Shown here: piece after piece, positions 41,171 through 54,400 of the stretch | Position numbering within the stretch: position 1 is the stretch's first letter | Layout: each line of letters opens with the position of its first letter | Source of the DNA: Tubulanus polymorphus | Lineage: Eukaryota > Animalia > Nemertea | Direction: 5' to 3' | DNA length: 64,000 nt | NCBI RefSeq assembly: GCF_964204645.1 | Contig: NC_134035.1 | Span: 7,224,451-7,288,450, forward strand | Notes under the pieces: model-generated | Databases searched by the model: none | Seen by the model: the letters and a program-made list of their open reading frames with translations, nothing else | What the model was told of the DNA's origin: nothing | Position numbers and translations under genes: made by a program

Positions 41171-41628
41171 CTGGGGCTGGTTGTATGGTGGCTGATTCGG
41201 GCTATGTAAATTTTTTTTTTCGTCCTCCACGAAAACGCGTAAAATAGATATTACCGCGCAAAAACAAATATTCGTTTTTGCGCCCGCGCAAAAACAAACT
41301 TTTAGCGCGCAAAAACGGATTATTTCGTTTTTACGCGTTAAAAGTTTGTTTTTGCGCGGTAATATTTGTTTTTGCGCCCGCGCAAAAACGGATTATTTCA
41401 TTTTTTTGCGCGTTAAAAGTTAGTTTTTGTGCAGTAATATTTGTTTTTGCGCGTTTTCGTGGAGGACGAAAAAAAAATTTTACATGGCCCGAATCAGCCA
41501 CCATACGGTTGCATAGTCGTGGCTTAGACAGACCAACTAAGTTCTATAGCCAAAGTAACAACTTAAGACCAGTCTTAAGATTTAGAACCACATTTGGACT
41601 TAAGTCACGACTGTGCAACTGGCCCCAG
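41171..41628. mobile_element. Harbinger-like MITE interrupted by an IS3EU-like element
   Basis: Ends ctggggctggttg...gcaactggccccag. An uninterrupted sister copy lies at 42211-42355. Confidence 0.75.
41184..41505. mobile_element. IS3EU-like non-autonomous element, second subfamily (foldback-like interior)
   Basis: Same TATGGTGGCTGATTCGG termini, different interior (cgcgcaaaaacaaa units). 6-bp TSD tggttg/cggttg. Confidence 0.8.
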
Positions 41629-42210
41629 GAGATTATAAACAATATTATCAATATTATGAATATAATAATTGAATTCGTATGCAAGATATTGCTTTCTTCT
41701 GTTGGATTTCTCATGCTGAGCCAAATATATTTAGAGGTGATGGCATTATGATTCTTAATTTTCTTTTAAGGATTGTATGCTTATTCACGTTTGGGAAAAT
41801 TACTACCAAAGTATCTAATCAATTCACCTTTGTAGTTATCAGGTGCACTGTATGATAAAGTGGAATCTGCCTAGCTCGCATGCAATTAACTAAATTATAT
41901 ACGTGTAAAATGAATATTATCCTTATTGCTGCCGATTGACTGAAACAAATCTTCCTAATCATTGCGCGCCTTGAAAAACCACCATTCTTTAAACAATTCT
42001 ACGAAAAATGCCGTTCAGTTTATCTGCATATCCTGTTATATGGAACACTCTTGTCCAGTGGGCGCTGAAACGAATGTTTAGAGCAGTTGCCATTTTCCTT
42101 TTTGGAGGTCTGGCGATCATCTGCATACGACCTATATAAGCCCCATTAAGCCACCTTACTTAGAATTCAGTGTATCACTTATGACTTATAGCATCGATCC
42201 GTTTCACGTC

Positions 42211-42355
42211 CTGGGGCTGGTTGCATAGTCATGGCTTAGACTTAAGACTAGTTTAAGACCAACTTTGTTCTATAGCCAATCTAAAAATTTAAGACCGGTC
42301 TTATGATTTAAGACCATTTTTGGACTTAAGTCATGACTGTGCAACTGGCCCCCTG
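42211..42355. mobile_element. Harbinger-like MITE (uninterrupted copy)
   Basis: TIRs ggggctggttgcatagtcatggctta / taagtcatgactgtgcaactggcccc with CTG flanks. Confidence 0.75.
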
Positions 42356-42984
42356 CTCTTGTTGTCCCTGTTTCATGGAACTATTTAAATACTATATAAT
42401 TAGGACAAGGTTTCTAAGAGGCAAGGTAGGATGATAGCCTTGAGTTCAATTCTTCTGCAAACTAGGAGCCACTGTATTCCAGAGTGGGAGTAATGCGAGT
42501 TTAACGGGATTTACGTAGTAATTAGCTGAGCTACGTGGAATTTTGATTACTCATAACTTACCAATCTTATACCTGTAAACACCTAACAGTATTACAGTAG
42601 TAGTTGTTGCGTTCAGAAAATACGACGACGACTGTATTCTCTCTGCTACAACGATTTATTACCGAAAATACATGTTTCTACAAGAAACTGATAAGATACT
42701 ACCCAATATTAAGTACACATTAATTTCAAAAGAATGTTACGAATAGTGATAATTTGGAAGAGAACACACAGACGATGAGCACGCAAAGCGAACTGAACAA
42801 AGACCAAAGCCCTCGACAAAGCTAAATAAATCACGTGGTTTTCAGTACATAATTCGTGATGGGACAATTCAAATATTTAAACAGGTTAATGAATATAACG
42901 TGCAGTTCGATTTACAATAGAAAGACCAGTTAAGTATAGATTGAGCGTAACAGTAATCAATCTAACTAGTTGTTAATCTTCCAG

Positions 42985-45900
42985 TTGTTTGTCTATCGAT
43001 CTACACTTCGCATTATAACGATGAAGGTTTTTTATGGTGAGTGGGTGTAATGTGCGATTGTGTATGTAGTAAGTGACATCGTTTTGGAAGACCTCGGGCC
43101 CCTGCGCATTGTTTTATTACATATTTAAGTATATAAACGTACACTGTACACTTCGAACGAAAACTAATGGAATCGTTCAAGTCATTTTGGTGTGATATTA
43201 TTCCCGATGATGCGCCAAACCTCGGAATACTCTAAAGCATTGTTACTATACGCATTTTGAATTTTCTCAGATTCAGTGTTACAGTCATAATGCAACGGCT
43301 ATAGACGGGTGTGAAAATAGATATGCAATATGCAATATTTTTAGAAACCAGGGATATATTACCTTCATCATGTTAAGTAAGCAAGTGACAATGAATGATT
43401 AGATTAGGGCTACTTTATCGGTTGGCTAAGATTATTATAAATAATTGTTCGTAGTTTTTAATTTTCCGTCACATGCATCCTGTAACATTTATATCGTGCA
43501 TTAATTGTAGTAATATTTTTTCAATTTTCCTTTTACACTTTTTTTTTAAATTTACAAAGATCTTATTCGACATATCCGTCAAAATTATGCTTTTGGGTTT
43601 CAGATATTTTTGAGTGCATCTACTAAGACTGCTACGTATGTTTACCCTGCCCCCTCCCGTTGAAGGCTCTTGCGAGCGAGGTGGATTAATTTGATATCTT
43701 AACCATAGTGTTGTTGCCGATCATTTTACGCGTGAACTAAACGTCTCATCCTCAAAAGACCGCCAACACACGGTTCCTAATTGTACCAGGGATTTTTTCA
43801 GTTGTCGTGTTATCAGATATAAACATTAGATCATCAATTCGTATAACACAATGTGTACAGTTTGTTGAGTTCTTGATAACTCCGAAGGAAGAGAAAGCAT
43901 TGTTATTTTTATCTTTCAAAACGGGGATTGTCGCTCTTGTTCATTTGATTGATCTGCTTCGAATGTTGTGTCCCCTACACACCGACCACGCATGCCGGGA
44001 TTTATCCGATGGGGATTAGTTTCTCGGTCAATAAGTACAATGAGTACTTCGCACTTTCGCTGAGATTACACGGGGTAGTTTTGCGTTTTTAGATAAAATA
44101 TTATAAACGGTTTTTTTATGCGTTGCAATCAAACGGACAGTGCTATGAGCGTTGAAAGACCGTCAGCAAGAAAGCGGCGCACCGCACGCGAGTTTAATTT
44201 GTACAACATGTTCAACAATTCAATAAATGAGCAGTCTTGATGGGGTTAAATAGAAAGTGCCCACCGCCTTAACAGTTCTCGTATTGATACCGTCAATGAA
44301 ACTATCGATGCGACCGATCGGTGTGAATCAATGTCGCAATCAAGTTTCGTGGGGCCGATTTCAAAGGGAACCTTCCAGCTTAGAGTAATCAATGCATCCA
44401 GTCAGTATCCAAGGCCATGACGGGGGCAATATATGGCAACATCAGAAACAATGAAACAACAAACTGTACGCGATGAAAAAGAACAAAAATGGTCCAACAG
44501 TTCTATGCGCATTGATAGACCACCAGCCTTATTCATTCTGAATCAAAACATACCTCAAAATGTCGCAGTGAGAATATGAAGGTGTACTCAACGTATTAAA
44601 AGGTGTTGAATCGATAGATTATCTACATCGATAGTGTCGATTTTGATTCTGCTCACTGTATATTTACGTTTGCGTCCAGATGTATGGGCATATTGTACAA
44701 AGACTCCAAATATGTGGAGATTTTGTTTAAGCTTTATTTCTTAGTTTAAGCGATCCATTAGTGAGTTTTTGAAACAAATTATCGTGTTGATATATATTAG
44801 CAGATGCAGTGTATGTTTTTGTCTATATAGGTCAGAGAAGAATCCTCTACCACCAGTGTCCGTCACCTAAACCTATTCGGCACAATTTTTTATTTAAAAT
44901 TTAACGACGTGTCTGAAGTTAGAATTTTTCCTAAATTTTGACTTGTATTTTCGTATAGATAAATTTGTTTTTACAATAAAACACCCTTTAATACAAGCAT
45001 CAGGAACAAATATATTTTGACGAATACCGTTCTTTTATGGATTACTTTGCGCGAATTTGTCCATTTCTCTTCAAAAACGTTATTATTTTCAGCTCAAAGG
45101 TTACAGGATTAAGAAAAGGATATTTTTTCCTAAATGATGCGATATTCGCTCTTCTTTTGAAGAAAAATAAAATCAACATCGAACATACCACCCGAGCGAC
45201 GAGCAATTCAGCAAGTGTCGGCGTTTCATCCAATTTACATGGAAAATACAAAATTAGACATTTTCTGATTCGTAAATCTATCCGAAAGTGTCTGATGATG
45301 CCGAGAAAATGGTTGATTTCAAGGACGGGCGAGTCACGAATCGTGGTATCTTCGTATTACATGGATATAGAATAACGACGATCACGTCGCTTGAAAACTG
45401 GTTTAATCTATTTTGGCATAATATTAATCTGAAACTTGACGAAGTTGCGTCGGCGCTACCAGAGCTAAATGGTTTCCCCTGACGCATTTCTTATAAAACA
45501 TCCGTCCAATTCACGAGTAAGATCTTTCATATAGCTGTGGCACGGGCGCGTTACGCATCGACTAACTGTTACACTGTGGTGGTCTGTCGGGCTGCAACCT
45601 GTATCGTACCCCATCGAGGTGAGACTTATATTTCTTTTAAATGTTGATTGAGCTGGTTTTTTTTGTTTGTTTTTTGTGTATCAAGTTTCCCGAAAATGGT
45701 ATATGTACACGCCGCTCTAAACCTTTCAGAAAAAAATGAGGACCCCAATAATCATCTTAATCAAGTTGAATATCTGTATTTCAACCTGGAATATCCAATT
45801 TCTTTACCATTTTAGACCATGCAGATTCATACATAAGTATATAACATAAATTGAGATAACTTTCAGATAGTTAAATAACCTTAAATTTTTATCGTTATAT

Positions 45901-47234
45901 TAGACCCTTTGATGATTGTAATATGACGCTCTAAACCTTTCAGAAAAAAATGAGGACCCCAATAATCATCTTAATCAAGTTGAATATCTGTATTTCAACC
46001 TGGAATATCCAATTTCTTTACCATTTTAGACCATGCAGATTCATACATAAGTATATAACATAAATTGAGATAACTTTCAGATAGTTAAATAACCTTAAAT
46101 TTTTATCGTTATATTAGACCCTTTGATGATTGTAATATGATTCAAGTTTCAAGTTTTGTTTATTGCTCCGAAAAACGTTTTGCAATTTGTCCGAGCATAA
46201 TAAAATAATATCAAAGTTGGCAAATTTCTACATTATGATAATGATCATGAGTTTAACAGCCGGGTATCGGTCGTAACGAATTTATTCGTACATGTTTTCT
46301 TTGTTGAACTGTTGATTGAATTTTAAATGATTCGCATCGATTTTTGTTATTGTTAAAGCCTAGCTCGGGTCGCCCTTGCGATCTGTCGGCGACGTTTTCT
46401 TTTTCTAAAAATTGGCGATCAGCTGCCGAGATGAGATCGTAGTAGTTAAACGTTGTTCATACCACCAAACAAGGCCATGGGCCTATACACAGACAGCCTC
46501 TAAACTTTCTACGATCTGTGTAAGGTCTAATGTAGTTAAAGTGAACATTTCAAATGAGTGATTCTAGAAAAACATAAAATCTTCAAAAGATGTTTTTCAT
46601 TATTTGTCCGTCATTAAGTCGAACCTGTGGTGACGTCGCTGCCTATGACGACCTGAACAAGGCTGTAGGTATTCACAAATTCCTAAATGGTTGAAACCGT
46701 CGCATTCGAGTAAACATGATATATTTGTCACCGTTTGAGTTTCATCATGAATTGTGCTGCTATTAAAAGACCTTTGAATCACTTTAATTGCTATTACTAC
46801 TTTCATCTTCGTTTTATTCAATTATCATTGATCGTTGTCATTGATGAGGTGAAAGCTATTCGTAGAAATCGTACAACAATTAATACCATACAACGTTTGA
46901 TTTTTCACGATGAGACGAGGTGATATTTTATTTCGGAAGGAGTGCATAAAGGTAACTTCGTATCAAATGAGAATGAAGTTCATCATCCTTTAAAAAGATA
47001 TTATGGAAAACAGAAAATCATAATCATCTTTGTACATCAGGGCAAATCTATGAAGGCCAGCATCCAGGGACAATATTTTCATATAAACTAGCCATGTAAT
47101 TAATAAGCATACTAATGGGGTCGATGTTAGAATATTCCGAAATAAATCCGAAAATAGTTCCAAAAAAGATGAGTGTCAAATTTGCAGGTTTTAACTACCT
47201 CTGCCTTGACGAAAACGGCAATCTCAATGGGAAG
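42985..47234 (+). other. Possible divergent FGF-like exons (partial gene or pseudogene)
   Basis: Exon 47188-47234 gives FNYLCLDENGNLNGK|gt with a phase-0 donor at the position of the conserved FGF intron. It is phase-compatible with candidate exons 43285-43376 and 42985-43036. No start or last exon identified. Confidence 0.35.
45713..46140. repeat. 214-bp tandem duplication (45713-45926 / 45927-46140)
   Basis: The two units read identically by eye. Confidence 0.92.
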
Positions 47235-48080
47235 GTAGCGTTCCGGACCCCCGAGACAACCCCCTCAATCCGCCCCTGTATAGTCGTTTTCATCATCAAT
47301 AGGGTCAATAGGTAATTTATTCATGAAAATTTCTGTAATGAATCAAGTGTTTGCAATTTCTTATTCATCGAGTCTGAATAGGTTTCTATTTTAGTCAAAA
47401 CAACTGAAATTTCATAATATACGCAGTATAACGTATCGGTTGTCTCCGGTTTAAAGGGCGGTAACACGATAAATTACGTATCATGTGAATAGTCAGAAAC
47501 CTTTTGAATGAAGTATCCAATCGTCTTTATTGTTGTACAATAAAATAAACCAAAAGTAGAACTATTCACGCATTACTCAGAAAGGAAACTCTATACAATC
47601 GGTAGTAAGCAGGCGAGATTCTAATAGACATGATTCGAAGTTGCTTTAAGTTGTTGTAAATAACTCGCCAGTGAAATTAAGGTGAACGAGAATTAAATTC
47701 CCCGAAAAAAAGTTAGAGTTTTAACTATTATTACAATTATCTCGGGAATGTTGGGGCATAAAGTACGTCAGATCATGGATGTATAAACCCAATATGATAA
47801 TTTAGTCTATACGTCCATGATCGATAGATTCTTGTAGGATCGAGACGCACGTGCTCCCCGTCACAATTTTTGCGTGCCCTTTTGAAAGTACAATGGCAAC
47901 ATAACATTGTCAGGGCACTTTTCCAACCGCAACTAATAAGACAGCAGTCAGCAGCACACGATTTAACTGTTAGGAATTATGTGTCATAAATTGAAAGTGA
48001 TCCGGTCTTTTTCTATCCAGACATTCTGCAAAAGTTTTACTCGGGTGGTTTTTTCCTAAATTCTATGTCTATGTAAACGA

Positions 48081-48102
48081 TGACGTAGAACTTACTATAA
48101 AT
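48081..48102 (+). promoter_or_regulatory. Candidate CRE half-site plus TATA box for the Cys-rich peptide gene
   Basis: TGACGT at 48081 and TATAAAT at 48096, followed by a possible donor gtaagg at 48291 and the acceptor ttattttag immediately before ATG 48540. Confidence 0.35.
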
Positions 48103-48539
48103 GTATATCTGTCGTCGCCGCGAGGATTTCCTGTTTGATTGACGTGAATTAGTAATTATCATCAAATATTAATCTGTATGAAATCGTTCGTTATGAAAGG
48201 GTGGATGCTATTTATATTCAGCAAATGCGTCAGATAGTGAATCGGACACTCGGTAACAGGGGTCGGTTTCCTCAACTTTCATAGCAATAAGTAAGGTCAT
48301 GTTAGTCGAGCAGAGATCTAGAGATCTAGAATTCTACTAACAGTCAAGTTCAGCTAAATTTCCGGATAAAAGGGATTTCTCCTGGAGATACTAAAAACAA
48401 CCCTGTTAGAATAGGCCAGTCGGTGGTTCGTTAATTTCTATCGCGTTGATAATTCAAATATGTATGCATTCAGTATAATTCGATTTAAGAACACTAGCTA
48501 ACACTGTATCAATTTGCCAATTCCTGTATTTATTTTAGA

Positions 48540-49646
48540 ATGAATCCATCAATTCTGTCTCTGGTACAAAGTAATATTGCTGCGCTGATATGCCTGTTGA
48601 TGGTACTGACTACTGAACTAGGATCTAAAGCTGAAAGTTTTTTGATGGTAGTACAACCGGAACGGAGTTTCGACGATAGAGATATATTACGGTCACTTCT
48701 AGCCGATAACGCTTTTGACGATGACGTAACTCGAGACAATACGCGCTCCGAGAATCACCTGCTAGATAAACGATATACAATACGCTTTGTTGGGGTAAGT
48801 AAAAAGGTTTTCTCGCGGATACATAAAAATGTTTATGATCCAATCGTGTTTGCGGGGGGGGGGGGATTACCAGTCAGGAGACGATCTTGATGATACGTAG
48901 ATGAGATTAGTCGGTACAGTAGAACCCGCTTAATTCGGATCATTTGCGACCAGCCAAATTCATCCAGTTTAAGAGAAATCGGGATTAAGAGTAATTTTCT
49001 TGTATATTAATGAACGAATCGGGACTAGAAATATTGTCCGGGATAGAACGAAATCCGGATTAAGCGGGCTTGACTGTATATGTAATACCATTTATCCAAG
49101 AGTAAGACTGCTGTAAGATGTAATTAACTTTAGTTTTATAAACTACGGTTCTAACTTAAAACTAACCTTGGGGTAAACAAGAATAACTCAGAATAATAGA
49201 TGCAGCAGAAATCTCTCTAAGATGTAATTTCAAGATAAAGGAAAAATGAGCAGAAACGTCTGACCTCAATTGCTACGATTTGTCATGGAATAATACGTCA
49301 TGACGAAAGGGAATAGAACCATCGTTTTCGTATAAGCAAATCCATCTCTATATTTGCATTATTTTTGAAGAGAAGGCGTTTTCAAAAATAATTTCTATCA
49401 TTATGTTATGTATATGATTATTTTATCATTATATTCTATCATTATTTATTCACTCACTCACAGGCGCCATGTAAAGGCCTAGGGGAGCCATGTAGTCCCG
49501 CGCACAGAGGAGACTGCACCGGAGTGTGTCGACCATTCCACACGAAACGCGGCTGTCGTCGATTACCGAAACATGGATGGACTTGCATTCAAGTGCCGGT
49601 CGCTGGTCGCCGTAAACCCAGCAGCCTGCGATCACGATACCAGTAG
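48540..49646 (+). CDS. Secreted prepropeptide (145 aa) yielding an amidated six-cysteine RGD peptide
   Basis: Exon 48540-48794: signal peptide, acidic pro-region, KR site, YTIRFVG|gtaagt (phase 0). Exon 49464-49646 after cactcacag|: APCKGLGEPCSPAHRGDCTGVCRPFHTKRGCRRLPKHGWTCIQVPVAGRRKPSSLRSRYQ*. Confidence 0.8.
48917..49076. mobile_element. Tc1/mariner (pogo/Tigger-type) MITE in the peptide-gene intron
   Basis: ta-cagtagaacccgcttaattcgga ... tccggattaagcgggcttgactg-ta. Confidence 0.75.
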
Positions 49647-51489
49647 GAAAGGATAGAGAAAAATAGTCGATAAAGTCTAAACTATAATGTGGCATTCAAG
49701 GTCGTGACGACAAAACGTGAAAAACCAATTCCAATACATTATTATGTTATTATTGTGGTTGTTCTACAATTGTTTATTGTTTTAGAGTCTAAACTTTTAC
49801 ATAAATGATGGTGTTTTGGGTAATCTCTATGCCTCAGTTCTATAGCCTGATTCTAATCTTGCCTTTGGGATACAGTTGATTTCTCTCATTCAAATCTAAC
49901 CGTCGCAATGTGGAGCTGGGGTCAAGTGTGGGATTATAACCGTGATAATAACGATAAGAGTTTATTTATTTTACGAAGTAAAATGAAATGCCGCTTGCAA
50001 ACGAGTTTGTTTTCTTTTTTTTTGGATAATCTCTCGCGCTAACCCGCCGCGGAGGGGCTCGAGAGATCGACCGTACATTTTCAATGCAGAAAAATAGATG
50101 GACTGATAATACTGATACGTGGATATTAGTGTTTTATTGTCAGTTTTTAGTTAGAAAATAGAACACGGGAACCTTAGGGGATCGTTATAAAGGGGATATA
50201 ATTAAGGGGAAAAATGTTCGATTTCATCGTTTTTCGGATCATGAAAATTGGTCCATAAACATGGTTCCAACGGTTGCATTGAGTCCCCGGGAAAGCATCG
50301 TCTTGTGTGAATGAATTGCTGTTGAAATCATTGTTAGAGATTAGAACGAATACACGTCGTTTAAACAGATGCCCGATTTCACAGGTGCGACGCCTCCATA
50401 AACCAACGGAATCGTGGTATCAATCTACTGTATTCTCTCAATAATCAAAATGAAACATGTACATTTTTCTGCCGACGTACATTATATTACAGTGCATGCC
50501 TTTCACACCGATAGGCAACAACTTGAGTTTTAGATTATTGAAATTACTGAAAACTGTCAGTTCTTAAAAAGAAAACCACCTTCCCCCAGTCTTTGAATAA
50601 TGACTGGAAATATGTTTCTTATTTCGATAATGAATATAGAAGCCGCCCGCACTGTCTTTTTTATTTCATCTTTTTTCGATGGAAAATGAAAAAATCGCCG
50701 GCGCTCGGCATAATGCAACTTTAATGAAATAACAATAGCTGGAACCAGATATATTAGCGGAGTCAAACCTACTGACGACGGCATTAGTATCACAAAAACT
50801 TCTATTTACTTCCATGTCCTTGTACGAATTCTTCCGCTGAATTTCATACTGAATGACTTTTTGACGATAAGTGCGCCAGAATCTGTCTATACATGTTGAA
50901 AGCAATATAAGTGGCTGCTTGATGAGCTCATTTTGAGGTTCATGATACGAACAAAGCGTTTTGTTGCGGTATTTTCCCTTTATTCAACCACAGTACAATT
51001 ATTCTATATTTACAAGTATATGCAAATTTAACTCAGGGTCAACGCACCAAATTGAAAAAAAAATAATTTTGAGAATAATTTTACCGAGGTTGAATGTTTG
51101 TTTGGCGGGGGCACCAAAAACGAAAAATATCGCGCCAGATCGCCAACAAAACAAGACAAAACAGGATATCCTTTTTGGCAAAATTATATGCAACTTTCAT
51201 TGTCAATTTAAAAAAACAACAAACGAATGCAATATAGGACAAATTCACGCAATTGAATGGTTTCTAGTTTGTTGGCTCATAGTAACATCGATGTCGAGGA
51301 AGTAATTACATATGACGCGTACATAGAACAATTATAATATACCATGGAATCGTGATGGGATGAACTAGAAATACGGTATAATATATACATATTATCATTT
51401 CATTGACACCCGCGTATGATGCTATAAAATTGTCACAAGAATTCAAAGCTATCGCTCTTAAAACACACAACGATAAGATTACTTGAAAT

Positions 51490-54400
51490 ATGACACACGT
51501 AGGAAACATAAAACAGACACTTCAACCTCAGAACTTCGGCGAGTTGATGAACAAGGCGGATGGAACGGTGAGTAAATCTATCAGGTGACCTCGCATAATG
51601 CTTTTGTGATTTGTGAAGCGTGAAAACGTACCGAAGGCTTCATCTGAAATTAATCTACTGATCAAAAAAGCTTTTAAAGAATATCTATTCGGTTCCATTT
51701 AATAAGCTACAGACGGTTGCGAACGACACGAATCATCACGATATGAGAGTTATGTAACCGTTCTAAAAATTTGCGACTGCGAGTTTTCACGGATCTACAC
51801 TAACAGCGCCTACTCTAGACACTGTTTTATCTATACGTTTATTAGAGTTTCTTTTCTTGTATATTCTTTTCTGTTGCTTTCGCGGAGAACCCTTACGTAA
51901 TTCTCAGGAAACCGTCTAACGCACACACCTCATATCCAACCAGAAAGTAGTTATCAATAAAAGCATCAACATAAATCTCATCCATTTTGAGGCAAGGCAT
52001 CTATACACTGATGCAACGGCCTTGAAACACCGGTAATAGAAATACGACTCCACACTGCGGTAAATAAGAACCTCACTTGTCTAGTCTTCACATCCTCAGA
52101 CTCCTGCGCGCCTGGCTTTAACTGAAGTCATACGATACACAAAGAAACCCCAAGGCTGACCACAGTCCACCTGGTTGTCGATAATCCGTGAAGACCTGCC
52201 TTGCCGCGTGAATCACTTACGTAATCTTTTCTGTAAATGTGAAGACCTCGGGGGCATTATATTCTCTTAAGCCCGACATTATCCCACATTCCGGACTGTT
52301 CATAGGTTGATATTACGGCAGAGTCGACATGTTTCAACAATTTTTAACTGTTCATTTATGAATATTTGAGGACTTATGAACTAAAAATTAGTTAAAATTT
52401 TTGATACATTTTGAGAAAGTCACAAAACATTTGAGACTGCGTTATATATAACTTGATTTTAAATTGACGCCAAGCGAAACGAAAACTTTCCTGGAAGAAC
52501 CTACTGTAGAACGCGATGATAGGAGGTCCCTTGTACATCACATCGTGACGCAGCAGCGTTGATGATGTCATAGAAGAAGACTTGTCGGGTGTTATAGGTT
52601 TAGACATCATGGTCGTATCACGTGTCATCTCGATAAACAAGGCTGCCTATAATAATGCTTACATCACACATTGACATTGTATAGATTCTAAATGTTATGT
52701 GATATCTTGTAGCTATCCCGTAAAGAACTGCTCTACCTCAATGCCGTCGATTTCGGTATCTACGAAGTGGTGGCCGATTGCCTACAAGACGTCGACGTCA
52801 ACCCGAATTGCGTGGACTATATGGGCCGAAATGCGCTTATTTTGGCTATTAGTAAAGCTAACTTGGTACTTATTGATGTATTGCTCGATCAGCTGAATTA
52901 CTCCGCCATCGAAGACGCGCTACTTCACGCTATCAGCAAAGGAAAAGAAACGATCGTCAAACTGATTCTCAGTCATGAGTCTTACGCCGACAACGGAGCA
53001 CAAAGCAACCGATCTAGAGATTCGAACTGCGATCGAAATCAATTCTCGCCAGATATAACCCCGTTGATACTCGCTTGCCACGAAAACAACCACGAGATTA
53101 TTCAACTGTTTATAATGCGAGAACAACGAGTTGAAAAACCGCATCAGATTGATTGTCAATGTGAACACTGTAAAACTGGTGCCAGCGACGACCCTTTGAA
53201 TTTTCACCTCTCACGCCTCCACAAATATCAAGCCCTGTCGAGCCCGGCTTACATGGCCCTAACGAGTACTGATCCTGTTGCTACCTCCTTCGAACTACGC
53301 CAGGAGATGACTCATATGGCGAATTCGCATAAAGAGTTTAAAGTAAGTTTTATGTAATTATGTAACAAGGCTGAGACCTCTGTTTTAGCTTCAGAAACGC
53401 TATGCGCATTGCGAATGGGGCAAACTTTTAAAACATACAACCACGTGATTCAAAAAAGTAATATCAGCTTAAATTCCAAGACATAAATGTGTTTCAAAAT
53501 TCCGTGCTGATGTATAAATCTATTCGCGAGCTTCTGCCGGTCAAAACATCCAATAGTTTGACTCGTAGTTCTGATCTAAATTCCCACAAAACCCGAACCT
53601 CTAATGGCTCACTATAGAACGAATAACCAGCTTGTGTCCATGTATTAGAGTTTTGAATGCTCTTCCAACAGATCTTCAGAAATCATTTAACATTGACATA
53701 TTCGAGCGCTATTTGAAAAGGCATTAGGAAATATACCAAATAGTTATTAATTATTTCTCTATCTCTTTACTGACAATAAAAATCTCATAATGTTTTTAGC
53801 CGGACTACCTTTCGCTGATTGAGCAGTGCATGAATTTCGCGAATGACATGTTGGATTTATGCCGAACGTCGAAAGAAATCCAAGCGCTCATAGCTGACGA
53901 TGTAACGCATCATCCGTTAGGTACATTACACAAAGCCATCAAATACAAAGAGAAAAAGGTAAGTTTTTGGCAATAAGAGAAACCTTTCAATCAATTGGAT
54001 TCTCTTGTGTGAAATATTAGAGAATTATGGAAACATCAGACAATGTAATTAAGCCGAGGACACACTGGGCGATTTCGTCGGCCGATTTCGTCGCCCGACG
54101 AAATCGCCGGTAAAATCGGCTTGTGTGTTGGATTCTGCCGCCGGCGATTTCGTCGCCGGTGACAGAATCGCCCAGTGTGTCCGGTTCAAGTTCAAGTTCA
54201 AGTTCAAATTTATTTCACAGAAAGCATGACAGGCTATGTACACAGGTTGAGAGAAAACAAACAATAAGATTTACAATTTAAAAAAAAGCACAATTATAAA
54301 AAGAGAGAGAACAGTAGCTTTCAGTGTGGGCCAAGCAAAGCCTTTAGGCCGCTGTCGCAAGCGCCCAGGGAAAATACGAAAGGGAAATGAAGAAACAAAG

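Noticed and set aside
48795-48890. C-terminal part of the 116-aa ORF (VSKKVFSR...AGGGGLPVRRRS) as a linear neuropeptide
   Set aside because: Begins exactly at a consensus donor and includes a poly-G run; most likely intron read-through. Intron retention cannot be excluded.
50385-50513. CDASINQRNRGINLLYS as the last FGF-like exon
   Set aside because: Lacks the conserved CxF motif and its phase does not match the 47234 donor.
52007-52038. Hammerhead-like ctgatg...gaaac
   Set aside because: Core lacks the conserved A9 and a proper stem II; lies in a LINE fragment.
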